A stretch of 64,000 bases of DNA from assembly GCF_006345805.1 (NCBI RefSeq), contig NC_043006.1, positions 34,658,001 to 34,722,000 on the forward strand, in the 5' to 3' direction. This document shows, piece after piece, positions 11,025 through 24,250 of this stretch (position 1 is its first letter; every line of letters starts with the position of its first letter). Position numbers and translations under genes: made by a program. This DNA comes from Octopus sinensis (taxonomy: Eukaryota). The notes under the pieces were generated by a model. It searched no databases and was not told the origin of the DNA. It worked only from the letters and a program-made list of their open reading frames with translations.

Positions 11025-11245
11025 AAGGCAGTGGGCTGGTTGAATGGTTAGCATGACAGGCAAAATGCTAGGTGGCATTTCACCCTTGTGTTCTGAGTTC
11101 AAACTCCACTGAGGTCGACTTTGCCTTTCTTCCTTTTGCGGTCGATAAATTCAGTACCAGTCCAAGCTGTGGATGAATGAAATTGACTAACCCCTTTTCC
11201 CCTCAAATTTCAGGCCTTGTGCCTATAGTAGAAAGGATTATTAAA
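11025..11245 (+). mobile_element. SINE family B
   Basis: GAGTTCAAACTCC B-box; GAGGTCGACTTTGCCTTTC..GTCGATAAATT..GTACCAG. Confidence 0.8.
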
Positions 11246-11483
11246 TCTCTATTGTTTGCTTGTGTGTGTGTGTGTGTGTGTATACACAGGGTGCTTAAGA
11301 TATTTGAGTACAGATTTCATCATCATCATCGTTTAACATCTGCTTTCCATGCCAGCATGGAAAACGGACGTTAAACGATGATGATGAAATCTGTCCTCAA
11401 ATATCTTACGCACCCTGTGTATACACATACACAAACAAACAATAGAGATTTAATAATCTTTTCTACTATAGGCACAAGGCCTG
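11211..11483. repeat. Fold-back inverted duplication, arms ~135 bp, centre 11353/11354
   Basis: CAGGCCTTGTGCCTATAGTAG...TTTCCATGC-CA-GCATGGAAA...CTACTATAGGCACAAGGCCTG. Confidence 0.9.
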
Positions 11484-11494
11484 GGGATAAAAAG

Positions 11495-12609
11495 TAAACC
11501 TTCTTTTCTATAATGTTATTCAATAAAGCCACCTTCAGCTTCAACAACTGCTTCTATATGAGATCTAAATCATCTACATGCTCGAATCAAGAGGTCCTGG
11601 TTCATTTTGGACATTACTTTGGTGTTATGGGCATGTTCATTGACCTCCCTCTCAACAACGCTCCACATGTAATAGTCCAATGGATTGAGATCTGAGGAAT
11701 TAGGAGGCCAAATGTCAGGGATTATGTGATCATGAAAAATTTCAGCCATCCATTCCTGTGTTACTAGAGCCATGTGTGATAGTGCAAAATCTTACTAAAA
11801 CACATATGACCTTCCATTGAATACACTGTCTATCCGGGGCTTAACAATTATTTCCAAGACCTTAATGTAGGCAGCAGAGTTAACTCTAAGGCCTTGTGAA
11901 AAGAGGTAAGGAAGCATCACATGTCCCTCATTGCTGACAGCCCCTAAAACCATGACAGTTGTAGGAAATTTTGTATGCATAACACTTGAAACTTCAGAAG
12001 GGTCTGCACATTACTATCTGTCATTTCTTCTGTTAACTTTTTGATCTTGATCGAAATTTCTCTTGTTTGAGAAAAATCAAATAAAATCTTCTTCTGCTGG
12101 ATTTTTCAGTTTATTTAAGAGCCTTTTAGATTTAATGTAGTGATTTTTCTTTTGCTTTTTCTGACAAATTGACCTTTCCTCATCATATAAGACTTATATC
12201 TGATGTCTTCATAGACAACATTTCTGACAGTTCCTTCTGACACTTGGAGATCTTTTACAATGGATCTCATGGACTTTCTGGGATTGTAATCAATCGTCTA
12301 TTGAACTTGCTGGATAAATTCAGGTGTTCTGATGATTTCAGAGCATTTAGAATGCCTTTTGTGCTTTGATACTGGTGATATGTTTCCATCTTCAGTCTCT
12401 AGCTCCTTACAAACTTTGTAAACAAATGATCTGGCAACTTTTATAGATTGAGATATTTCTAATTAGCTATGCTCAGCTTTTATAATCACAATAACAGCAT
12501 GCCTCTTCATTTCTTGAGTTAGCTGAGGGTCTGCCATTATAACTTTTTGAAACAAAGATTATACAGAGTTAACAAAAAATGCAGCAATGACCCAAAGATG
12601 GTATGTCCT

Positions 12610-12617
<8 letters not shown>
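11495..12617 (-). pseudogene. Decayed Tc1/mariner transposase, probably maT (DD37D); ATG at 12537
   Basis: MADPQLTQEMKRHAV.., TKFPTTVMVLGAVS..GRSYVF, WPPNSSDLNPLDYYMW; several stops and frameshifts. Confidence 0.8.
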
Positions 12618-12648
<31 letters not shown>

Positions 12649-13220
12649 ACCAAAGAGAACATGGAAGGGTAATTAATAAAATATTATTTATTAATTATAA
12701 GATGTGACAACATCTCTGACAGCTGTTTTGATTCAGTAATCTTTAGATGATTAATTTATAAAATTAAAATCATTATAAGATGAATCTCTTCAGATGTAGT
12801 AAAGATATACTGATTAGAAATACATGCTGAGATAACAGCTGCAAACTGTTAACTGATAGCATATATACAAAAAGAGCCAGTTATAGAAGGCCTAGATCCA
12901 ACCTAGGGGGCGAAGGTAGTGTATATTTCTATGTCTTAAAGAAAGAAAAGAAGAGATTAACATAATAGGGTATTGAGAAGGAGAAAAAGAAAATGTATGT
13001 ATATATAAATAATAATGCCAAATAATATTATACATATCTATAATACTGCAATACAAAGAAATTTAAAATTATAAGATTTAAATCAAGTAGAAGCAAACCA
13101 TGGAAATTACATATTAATTGAAGTTATCAGAAAGAGATAAATAATTTCTAAGTATAATAATAATTACTTATTGCTTCGGTTTATAATAATAATAATAATG
13201 AAATAAAATTTAAAGTAATG

Positions 13221-13588
13221 CAGGGGTGGCTGTGTGGTAAGTAGCTTGCTTACCAACCACATGGTTCCGGGTTCAGTCACACTGTGTGGCACCTTGGGCA
13301 AGTGTCTTCTACTAAAGCCTCAGGCCGACCAAAGTCTTGCGAGTGGATTTGGTAGAAGGAAACTGAAAGAAACCTGTCGTGTATATGTATATATATGTTT
13401 GTTTGTCCTCCCAAGATTGGCTGACAACCGATGCTGTATTTACGTCCCCATAACTTAGCAGTTCGGCAAAAGAGACCGATAGAATAAGTACTGGGCTTCC
13501 AAAGTATAAGTCCTGGAGTCAGTTTGCTCAACTAAAGGTGGTACTCCAGCATGGCCGCAGTCAAATGATTGAAACAAGTAAAAGAGAG
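13221..13588 (+). mobile_element. SINE family A, near full length
   Basis: GTGGCTGTGTGGTAAG..GGGTTCAGTC..GGCACCTTGGGCAAGTGTC..CAGCATGGCCGCAGTCAAATGA..AACAAGTAAAAG. Confidence 0.9.
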
Positions 13589-13835
13589 AGAAAAGAGAGA
13601 AATAAATAGAAAGTTTAGAATAAGATGGAAAGAGAAAATATCAGAATACATAATATACCCTTACACCCCTTAAGAAAATGTATTTCAAGCCTTTATGGTA
13701 AAAAACAATAATAAACTATTGGATAGGAAAGAATAAAAATATTTCACACATACAGTGTTCCCTCAGAGAGAAACTGGAAGTAAATATACTATGAGACATG
13801 TATAAGGGGATAAAAGATTTTTTAACAAAATAAAC

Positions 13836-14215
13836 AGGAGTGGCTGTGTGGCAAGTAGCTTGTTTCCCAACCACATGGTTCCGGGTTCAGTACCACTGAG
13901 TGGCACCTTGGACAAGTGTCTTCTACTATAGCCTTGGGCCGACCAAAGCCTTGTGAGTGGATTTGGTAGATGGAAACTGAAAGAAGCCTGTCATATATGT
14001 ATATATATATGTTTGTGTGTGTCTGTGTTTGTCAACCCACCATCGCTTTACAAGTGATGTTGGTGTGTTTACATCTCCATAACTTAGCAGTTTGGCAAAA
14101 GAGGCCGATAGAATAAGTACTAGGCTTACAAAGAATAAGTCCTGGGGTTGATTTGCTCGACTAAAGGTGGTGCTCCAGCATGGCCACAGTCAGATGCCTG
14201 AACCAAATAAAAGAA
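13836..14215 (+). mobile_element. SINE family A
   Basis: Colinear with the 13221 copy. Confidence 0.9.
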
Positions 14216-14771
14216 TAAATTATGTAAGAGGAAATACTTTTATAAATAAACTGAAAATAGAATAAAATAAATGACATTGAATTACGTAAAATGCCTTCAT
14301 GTATAGTGGGGATGTAGGGAAGAAATATATATATAAGGACAGCAAAGCTGGAACAAATTTAAAAAAAGGGATAAAAAGTTATCTACATATGTTTGAGCAG
14401 GACATATAGAATACCATTAAAAGCCTGAAGTTTAAAAAACACCGTCTTAGGAATAATGGACATCAACGAAAACTACACACACCACACAACATCATGTACA
14501 CTACCATGCCCACACACGCACATAATGCCTGAACACAGACTATATACACACACACATGCTACACGCATAGACACAGATAGCTTTCACCCACAAGTATACA
14601 CTATACACATGCTCACTATATGGACACAGACATACACACACACACACCACCCGAACAAGCACACATCAACTGCTAAGTACAAGTGTTTGCACATGCATAC
14701 ATGCACACGCACACGTTAGCCTCACACATACATCCATACACATACAATAATATACACATGCACACACATAC

Positions 14772-15160
14772 ATCATCATCGGCGTTTAACGTCCGCTTTC
14801 CATGCTGGCATGGGTTGGACAGTTTGACAGAGGACTGGCAAGCCAGAAGGCTGCAACAGGCTCCAATCTGATCTGACAAAGTTTCTACTGCTGGATGCCT
14901 TTCTTAACGCCAACCACTCCAAGAGTGTAATGGATGCTTTTATGTGCCACTGGCACGAGGGCCAGTCAGGTGGTTCTGGCAACGACCATGCTCAAAAGGT
15001 GTTTTTTATGTGCTACCTGCACAGGAGCCAGTCTGGCAGCACTTGCAACAACCACACTCGAATGTTGTTTTTTCATGTGCCACCAGCATGTGTGCCAGTT
15101 TGGCGATGCTGGCAACAATCACGCTCGAATGGTGCATTTTGCATGCCACCGGCATTGGAG
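14772..15160 (-). mobile_element. RTE 3'UTR/tail copy including degenerate minisatellite units
   Basis: CATCATCATCGGCGTTTAACGTCCGCTTTCCATGCTGGCATGGG..TTTTATGTGCCAC. Confidence 0.75.
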
Positions 15161-15610
15161 CCAATCAGTAAAATGCAATATCACCCACATGACACATACA
15201 CTAGGTTACTTGTACAGAAACACACACAAATGCCAATGTATTTGCACACATACGTACACACAGTACATGTAATACATATCACTCCACATAATGCATGCAC
15301 TGTGTCACTTACGTACACACACAGGTCCACTATTTTTCAGCTTGCTCTCCCATACGCACTCACACACAAACACAAGAGCAAATTCGATTGACTGGGTTCA
15401 CATCATTATCTCCCTTCCATTCAGCCTCTTTCTTCTGGTTATTTCATCCTGTTGAACTGTTAATCCCTACACATTTTTTTAATTCTCTCTCCTTTAGTTT
15501 TCTTATTCCTTTCTGTTGAAGAGCGTATGCTCAAAACATAAAAGACTTTTCCATTCTTCTTGAGTCTTAAACTAATACACCTGCATGTGGTTCCTACACC
15601 TAAACTTGAA

Positions 15611-15656
<46 letters not shown>

Positions 15657-15659
15657 TAT

Positions 15660-16010
15660 ATCATCATCATCATGGCTCGGCTTCGCGAACGAAGATCAGG
15701 AAGGCTGTCCACGTCACGTGCATGCATGCTCATGACTGACAAGTCCAACATGGGAAAGGCAAGTCCGTGAGCAGTGTCCACAGATGAAGGTAACATCCGC
15801 CATGGTGTCAGAGGCGGCTCGCGCCTTCCTCCTGCGTCTCTTGTCTTTAAGTGCGTCTCTTCTTTGTTCTTCAAACTTGCTGACTGCGTTGAAGATCGTG
15901 TGGTGCCAGACATCACAGTCCACAGCCAGGTTTGATCAGCATTGGGTGGTTAATTTGACATGCTGTTAGAGACTTCTTGAGACACTCTTTGTAGCGCTTC
16001 CTCAGAGCTC
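15660..16010 (-). mobile_element. 5'-truncated RTE LINE 3' end (second RTE family)
   Basis: FICGHCSRTCLSHVGLVSHEHAC zinc-finger-like C-terminus; CGAAGCCGAGCCATGATGATG tail. Confidence 0.8.
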
Positions 16011-16362
16011 CTCATTCGGTGGCCGGTGGAGAGTTCGCCAAACAGGTGAAAAAATAGTACTCAAATACCAGAGGTAGAGTAATATACTTTCTGTTCCATT
16101 CTAAACAAAACTGTCTGAACATGAAATTGAGTATTTTTGTGATATTTCTGCTGCTTTTCAATAAATTATATACATATATTTATATACACCTAAGGGTGTA
16201 TCTTTTTAACCCAATCTGAAGAGATTTTATACCCCCCCCCCAATTATTTTAGTCATTTATTTATTGGGCTTAATTGAAACAGCTGTAAGGGTCTCTTTCA
16301 TTTTTGCTGATAATAAATCTTTATTAAATGCTATATCTCCATTTTCTTATTTTTAATATATA

Positions 16363-16394
<32 letters not shown>

Positions 16395-16874
16395 GTTAAT
16401 AAAATAGAACGTATGCATATATATAAACATATGTACGTACCTACCTCTACATGTACATATACACGCATATATGTGTACAGGACACCAAAAAGACGTCGAA
16501 CACATAGAGAGACGAAAAACATAGACACAAACCAAGGAACAAGACAAGCAAAAAAAAAGGGATACAGGACAATAAGCACAACGAAAAATCCCCTTCTTCA
16601 GTCGCTAAGGTTTCATCTACTAAACGTTTCGAAGGATAAATATATATACATACATGAAATTTACTGGAATTAGAGAAAAAAAATAAATTACATTTTGCTA
16701 ATGCTGTTTTTTGTTGAACCACTAAGTTATGTGATGTTGACATTATAAATAACAATGTCAGTTATTAAACCATTGTAAATGTAAACACAGTCTATCTCTC
16801 TCTTTCTCTGCCCTCGCTCATACACACATAAATGACTGGATTCTGCATAGTTTTATTATCATCTTCAATCCTGA

Positions 16875-17090
16875 AGGTGGCGAACTGGCAGTCATTAGCA
16901 TACCAGGCAAAATGCTTAGTATTTCACCTGTCGCTCTGTTCTGAGTTCAAATTCCACTGAGCTCGACTTTGCCTTTCATCCTTTCGGGGGTGATAAATTA
17001 AGTACCAGTTGAGTACTGGGGTTGATGTAATCGACTTTCCTCCTCCCCCAAATTTCCGGACTTGTGCCTATAGTAGAAATGATTATCATC
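16875..17090 (+). mobile_element. SINE family B
   Basis: GGTGGCGAACTGGCAG..GAGTTCAAATTCC..CCTTTCATCCTTTCGGGG. Confidence 0.85.
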
Positions 17091-17859
17091 TTCAACCCTA
17101 GACATTGCTGTCTTGTGTCCTAGAACTCATTGGGTCAGTTACCTGGTTTTCCTGGCATATAAGTGACAGATGGCAACATTCCCCACTGGATGGGATGCCA
17201 GTCCATCGCAGAGTTACTCTTTACATCTAGAATGGAATGAATAGTTTTGCTCAACAGTGCAACTCTCCACCTAGTCCAGGAACTGAAACCTTAGTCTTGC
17301 AATCATGAGTGCAATCCCCTAACCATTAACCCATGCATGTTCAGTCTTCAGCACAGTTTCCATCTGATTAATTCAACTCACAAATGTCTTTTAGGTTACC
17401 TAAAAGACATTCACCTAAAGTGTCATTCAGTGAGACAGAACTTGCAACCGTGGCTTTGTTGAGTGAACCTCTTAACATCTATGTCTGCAAAATGGACGTG
17501 TTGTGGTTAAGAAGCTTCTTTTGAAACTATGAGGTTTTGAGTTCAGTCCCACTGCACGACACCTTTGGGTAAGTAACTATAGCTCTGGGCCAACCAATGC
17601 TTTGTGAGCAAATTTAGTAGTCAGAAATTGTAAAAGCGCATCATATACATACATATATATATGTATATACGCAGTAATCCCTTGATTATTGCGGGTGTTA
17701 CGTTCCAAAACCCCCTGTGATACGTGAAAATCCACGAAGTAGAAATGGTACTGTATATTTCATTATAAATGCAAAACAACACTACAGGGGAATTGAAGTA
17801 AGCATAAATAATAAATTGCGATATAGCAAGGGATTACGGTTTATATATATATGTATATA

Positions 17860-18040
17860 TATACGCCATGATAGATCGCTAGCCACTACACATTCTTTAT
17901 TTTCTCTCCTTGTTCTTTTCTGTGGAAGAGCCTAGGCTCGAAATGTTAAAGACTTTTTCACTTCCCAAGCGTTGAAATAATACATCTGTTTGTTGTCTAC
18001 ACCACCTGTCTTCGTCTTCTTTTTTTTTTTTGTGAATTCT

Positions 18041-18045
<5 letters not shown>
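17860..18045 (+). mobile_element. ~190-bp hammerhead-like family copy, core 17915-17951
   Basis: CTTTT-CTGTGGA-A-GAGC-CTAG-GCTC-GAAATGTT-AAAG. Confidence 0.65.
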
Positions 18046-18079
<34 letters not shown>

Positions 18080-18317
18080 TGTGTGTTTTTATGTTTTTCT
18101 ACCCCATCCCATCACAACTGGTATTGGTTTGTATCTATCTCTACAACCTAGCGGGTCAGCAAAAGAGATTGATAGAATAAGCACCAGAAAAATAAGCAAG
18201 GCCTTGAAGGTGGTGCTCCAGCATGAAACAAAAGATTAAAAAAAAAGTAGAAATTGACTATGTTTAATAAATTGATTTTCTGCCTCTAGATCTGTTTCAA
18301 CAGTTTCAGATCAAATC

Positions 18318-18672
18318 TAAGTAGCTTACTAACCAACCTCATGGTTCCGGGTTCAGTCCCACTGCGTGGCATCTTGGGCAAGTGTCTTCTGCTATAGCCC
18401 CGGCCGACCAATGCCTTGTGAGTGGATTTGGTAGACGGAAACTGAAAGAAGCCTGTCGTATATATATATATGTATGTGTGTGTTTGTCCCCCTAGCATTG
18501 CTTGACAACCGATGCTGGTGTGTTTACGTCCCCGTCACTTAGCAGTTCGGCAAAAAGAGACCGATATAATAAGTACTGGGCTTACAAAGAATAAGTCCCG
18601 GGGTTGATTTGCTCGACTAAAGGCGGTGCTCCAGCATGGCCGCAGTCAAATGACTGAAACAAGTAAAAGAGT
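18318..18672 (+). mobile_element. SINE family A
   Basis: Colinear with other copies; 5' end slightly truncated. Confidence 0.9.
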
Positions 18673-19101
18673 AAAGAAATAAACTAAAATGGAAAAACTA
18701 AGCGAAGGGTTATGGGAAATCAGAAATAAAGAAGACGAGGGAAGCGGTTGAATAGGAAGGGCCGCAACTACAGTACATAGATTAAAGTTAATGCGTGTTT
18801 GCTTTTAGACAATTCACTTGAAGGTTGGCATTCAATAATGAAATGTTGAACTTTAGGTTTGATAACATGGCTCAAACTTTGGACTTATAATCATCTCTCA
18901 AGTTATGCCTAATTGAAACCTTCCTAACTGGTGTACTGACAAGATAACATCTGCACTATAAAATATTCTGCCAGTCGTGTCTGTCTGTTATGTATTAATA
19001 CCAGCTGTGAGTACCACAACTCATTGAATCGAAGGACAAAACACCGAAGACATTATCTTCATATCTGAGGACGAAGTCGGTTTAAAAGTGCAACACGTCT
19101 C

Positions 19102-19362
19102 ACCAAATATTTTTTTTTAATACAATGCCTAATAATATTTAATTATGAAAATATAATGGGATTTTTTAAAAGATAGAAATAGCTGGGTGTGGGGGCAATA
19201 GAATAAAATTGGAATCAAAGGGGTCCATAGGTAAAAAAAAAGTGGTTCCAATTTTATTCTGCTGCCCTCCACCCACCCAGCTATATCTAGCTTCTAAAAA
19301 AATCCCATTATATTTTCATAATTAAATATTATTAGGCATTGTATTAAAAAAAAATATTTGGT
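19102..19362. repeat. Fold-back inverted repeat, ~113-bp arms, 31-bp loop
   Basis: ACCAAATATTTT...AAATTGGAA / TTCCAATTTT...AAATATTTGGT. Confidence 0.85.
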
Positions 19363-19444
19363 ACCACTTTGGCGTTTGATCTACAATTTAAAGGGAGATT
19401 ACTTTGGGTTACTTTTTAGTTGACTTTGTGTTAGTGCTACTTTC

Positions 19445-19800
19445 GTGGAGGTGCAATGGCCCACTGGTTAAGGCAACGGACTCGCGGTTTCGATTCTCAG
19501 ACCAGGCGTTGTGAGTGTTTATTGAGCGAAAACACCTAAAAGCTCCACGAGGCTCCGGCAGGGAGTGGTGGCGAACCATGCTGTACTCTTTCACCACAAC
19601 TTTCTCTCGCTCTTTCTTCCTGTTTCTGTTGTACTTGTATTTCGAAGGGGCCAGCCTTGTCACGCTGAATCTCCCCGTGAACTTACGTTAAGGGTACACG
19701 TGTCTGTGGAGTGCTCAGCCACTTGCAGGTTAATTTCACGAGCGGGCTGTTCCGTTGATCGGATCAGCTGAAAACCTCGTCGTCGTAACCGACGGAGTGC
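19445..19800 (+). mobile_element. tRNA-derived SINE, family C
   Basis: GGAGGTGCAATGGCCC..GGTTTCGATTC head; GTCGTCGTAACCGACGGAGTGC tail. Confidence 0.85.
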
Positions 19801-19916
19801 TACTTTGCCATGCGAAAGAGTACAGCATGGTTCGCCACCCAACCCCCTGCCGGAGCTTCGTGGAGCTTTTAGGTGTTTTCGCTCAATAATCACTCACAAC
19901 GCCTCGTCTGGGATCG

Positions 19917-20731
19917 TGTAAAAAAACAAAAAAAAAGCGATGAAAAGGAATCGTGTATCACAGAACAGCAAAAATGTAAAAAACAGATTAGGTTTATCCG
20001 CGGAGAGAAAAGCCTACGAAAAGAGATCACGGTAACCTCAGACAGGGAGGGAAAAAACACATGAGAGCAAAGTGCTCTCTCGTTTTTGGATTTACAGGAT
20101 CATGCTCAAAGTGGTTTCGTCATTCGCCCACCTTTTATTGAATCTTTCATGAGACAAAACTTGCCTCTCTATTCTCACATTCCTTCTCAAGTGGTACTTG
20201 AAAAAGTTGATGAGCAATTGGCCAGAGAGGAAAGTGTTTGTCTCTAAACCTTTCGCTCGAGTCCACCACACATTCTTTCACCATGGTCATCAGTACGATG
20301 GCCACCATGTCTACAAGTACGATGAACACTGCCTTGCCTTCCTTGCGAAGGTGTCGGAGCAATTTTCACGATAGACTCAGCCGACAAGCGAACTCGTCCC
20401 ACACGTGACAGCAGCCATTCGGCATAAGCCCACAGGTCCGAAATGGTTGGACACTGCACGAGTGCATGCAGAACAGTATCGTCGCTCTGACCGCATCTTG
20501 GGCAAGTCGGTCCGGTGTGTCTCGAACCGTGCCTATAGAGATTATCCCGAACGGGCAATGCTTCCCGACTGGTGATTGTCCATAAGTCCCAGCCCGAAAA
20601 TTGTCCTGAACAGGCGGGTCAGGTGTCCATCGTCGACGCCCAGATTTTCCCCGAGAACGTCGTCGCACCTCCCTTCCACTACTCCTCTATAGAACGCCTT
20701 CGTGGAATTAAAGTCGTACAAGTTTGGTCCC
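19917..20731 (-). mobile_element. Tx1/L1-clade LINE fragment: ORF2 C-terminus (zf-RVT region; stop 20092-94) plus 3'UTR
   Basis: LPVRDNLYRHG..GPTCPRCGQSDDTVLHALVQCP..LWAY; frameshifted. Confidence 0.8.
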
Positions 20732-20791
20732 TGACGGCAGTTAGATAGAGAGATTGACCGATAGACAGATAGATAAACGGACATGAAAAGG

Positions 20792-21050
20792 TAGACAGAC
20801 ACATTTCTTTATTAGGCACGCAGGGCCAAACACAGAGGGCACAATACAGTGTAGAATGTTTTCTTTTCGAAAACAATCAAAAGGGATCGAAAACGTTTTG
20901 GACGTGTACCCAAGGGAATAACAAAAGTGTCGTTTTTAACAATTAGAGTTCTCAAAAGCGGGTGTAAATATAACATTGACTAGGTTTAACCATGCAAAGA
21001 AAAACCTACGAAAAAGAACCACGGAAAGGAAAAAAATAGTAACATGAAAG
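20792..21050 (-). mobile_element. Complete 3'UTR of a second copy of the same LINE family, in tandem
   Basis: TTTTCGTAGG.TTTTCT..TAAACCTA shared with the 19990-20030 UTR; ends GCCCTCTGTGTTTGGCCCTGCGTGCCTAATAAAGAAAT. Confidence 0.65.
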
Positions 21051-21089
21051 ACAGACAAACAGTATACTGTATATTTCTTCTTCTTTCGC

Positions 21090-21630
21090 CCTTTTCAAGC
21101 CTAGCCAGACTCATGGGCCCGGTTTCTGTGGCATATGTGTTCCACCCAGCTGGGCGGGACGCCAGTCCATCGCAGCGTTACTCAAGAACCAGGAAGAGAG
21201 AGTGAGAGAAAGTTTTGGCGAAAGAGCACAACAGGGATCGCCACCACCCCCTTCCGGAACATCGTAGAGCTTTTAGGTGTTTTCGCTCAATAAACACACA
21301 CAACGCCCAGTCTGGGAATCGAAACCGCAATCCTCCGGTTGCGAGTCCGCTGCCCTAACCACTGGGCCATTGCGCCTCCACTTGCGCCCTTTTAAAGCCT
21401 AGTCTGGCTCATGGGCCCGGTTTCTCGGTTTCAATGGTGTATGTGTTCCCCAGCTGGACGGGACGCCAGTCCATCGCAGTGTTACTCAATTTTGCCAGCT
21501 GAGTGGACTAGAGCAACTTGAAATGAAGGGTTTTGCTCAAGAACACAACGCGTCGCCCTGTCCAGGAATCGAAACCACATTCTTACGATCACGATGCTGA
21601 CACCCTAATCAATAAGACATGCGCCTCCAC
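21090..21630 (-). mobile_element. Two adjacent family C-related SINEs
   Basis: tRNA-like heads GGAGGCGCAATGGCCCAGTGG and GGAGGCGCATGTC..GGTTTCGATTCC; shared duplicated tail. Confidence 0.75.
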
Positions 21631-22673
21631 ACTGCATATTTAGTTTGACGTAATCAATTCCGTTAAGCAGAGAAACAGGATTAAAATTGTAATCTCATCG
21701 AAATTAATAATCTTGTGAATTATGTTGTCAAAATCTAAGTTGTGTAAACAAGTTTTGCATAGCAAAATCTGTGACCAAAGAAAGCTATTAAGCCTTTCAT
21801 TATTTGTCGCTTATATTGTTGTTGTCGCTTAATTTTCGTTTAGTTATTTGCATCGTTTGTTTATCCCTTTTTATACGCTCAATACAAAGTTATGCCAAGT
21901 CTTCAGGATGGTCATTATTCTTCTCACGCAAAGGAAGGATTACGCAAATGTTGTTCGAGTAATTTTTAAAAAAAATTGTTTCTTGTAAGCACGAAACATT
22001 GTGTTGTATTTTATGTTGTACAACTTACAATAGAAATTGTGTTGTATCTCGGGAGGGTCACTATGCCAATAATAAACACACGCACTGATTCTATTCCACT
22101 TCTGTTTTATCCGTTAATTGGTTAATTATTTGACCAATTAACTTACCGATTTCATGAGACATCATTCGGTTAATCAATCAATTAGTTGTGTTTGTCAAAG
22201 TCCTTTCGTTGCCTTTGTGACCTCTTTAATGACAGATCCTCTCTGCTCCTTGTCAAATTCAGGTTTCAAACAATCGATTATTTAATTAGTTACATAGTTA
22301 ATCATTTAACAAACAAAAAAAGAAGAAGCGAAACAGAACCAGCGCGTATGTTCATTATTGACATAATGATCCTCCCGAAGTTCAACAAAATATGTTTCAA
22401 CACATAAGTTCACATGAAGAATTTTGCAAACTGAATTACGATAGAGACAAAACTAAAACGAACATCTTTTTACGTTGAATATATCAACCATGGATTGAGG
22501 AGAAAATTTTGTGTTTATAGCCTTTGACAAAATCCTATGATAAAATCTACTGTGGTGTGTATTATACAAACCGCGAGAAATGATTATGGCAACAGAAGAG
22601 TTCCTGGGCCAGCTGGCTGAGACACTTTCACTCAAAAGAGTCACATGACATTCTTCTTTTGTAAGTCACTCAC

Positions 22674-22725
<52 letters not shown>

Positions 22726-24055
22726 ACTCTCTCCTTGATATCTTCTTTTTCTTCTGTCTATTTTCCAGAAATATCTTTGATCTTTTACTTATCCATGCTG
22801 GGACATCACCTCAAAGGGGTTTAGCGAACAAATCGCCCCTAATACTTCTTTTTAAAGTTGGCACTTCTTCAATCGATATTTTTTTAATGAATTGCTAAAT
22901 TGCGGGGAGGTAAAAAAAAAAAAAAACTAGACAACACCGGTTCTCAAGCGGCGATGGGGAATAAGTACAGACACAATTACACACTAGTACCCCTGGGAAT
23001 CCAGCCACAAAGTGTAATGACGATTGTTTCAGAAAGGACCATATGGAACAGGTCGATGAGGACTCTAGCCCTACCACCCTTCTTGGAATAATGAGCGGAG
23101 AAGATGGATGGGGAAATTTATTGCTTCCACTGTAACCAATAAAACTGTGAATTAACAATGAACTTTGATCTATCATGAACAATGAACTGTGATATTTTCT
23201 TTTATTTTCGCTATTCTTAAAACAACTAATTTATATAAAACAGTAACCCCTAAAGGCAGTGGTGTAGCAAGACAAGGAACAACATAAGCCACCGTTTTCT
23301 TTGAACACACCCTTCAAAAGTAGTACATTTTACAATTTTTAAAAATTTATTCCATTGTGTGATGATAAAAGTTGAGGGCCATTTGTATTCGTTGGCATGT
23401 TTTGCTTTCCTGCTTGACTTTGGAAGAATTTTCTAGGCTTATTAATTTACCTGATCGATTTCTAACTGGTTGGGTTGTCTGCTCAGTCTTCTGTGTTGCA
23501 TTGGGAGCTGTTGGGGGATTAATCTTATCCTTCAGTACTAATTAAAGATCAACGCTTTCATATCACACTCTTTTGCGGAACCACTAAGTTTCAGGGACAT
23601 AAACACACCAACACCGTTTCTCAAAGGGTGGAAGGTGATAAACTGACACAAAGACACACACACACGTGTATGTATGTATATATGTACAGTTTCCATATAC
23701 CAGATTCGCTCACAAGGTATTGGTCAGTCCGGCGTTTACTCAACGTTCCGCGCCGTAGAATTGAACCCTAAACCACATGGTCGCAAAGCAATCAACACTG
23801 GCGAATTCTACATAAAGAATTCTGGATGTTCCCATAAACACTGTTCACTGCTCACTGGAAACGCTCCATATTCGCAAATTCTCATATTCTACAGTATAGA
23901 GTTGGACAAGTCTTTCAGTTCGTTCATGTATTTACAGAAAAAGTGTATATATATAATTCGGCGCGTATTTATTTTGTGATATTTTAAAGGTAGCTTAGAG
24001 ACATTTGGTGTCTTCTTTAAGCATGTGGCTAAGCCTGTGTACTTACTCGCCTGGC

Positions 24056-24164
<109 letters not shown>

Positions 24165-24250
24165 AGAGAGAGAACTTGTTTTAAATCTCTGAGTGGGAGT
24201 AATGCAGTAAGAGTTGGCATATAAACATTACTATATATATATATATATAT

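Noticed and set aside
16575-16640. CTGAAGA and GAAACGTT on the minus strand, a possible hammerhead
   Set aside because: Permuted order and no convincing stem I.
22895-23182. GC-richer stretch with short ORFs, a possible exon
   Set aside because: No recognisable domain and no consistent splice sites or phase.
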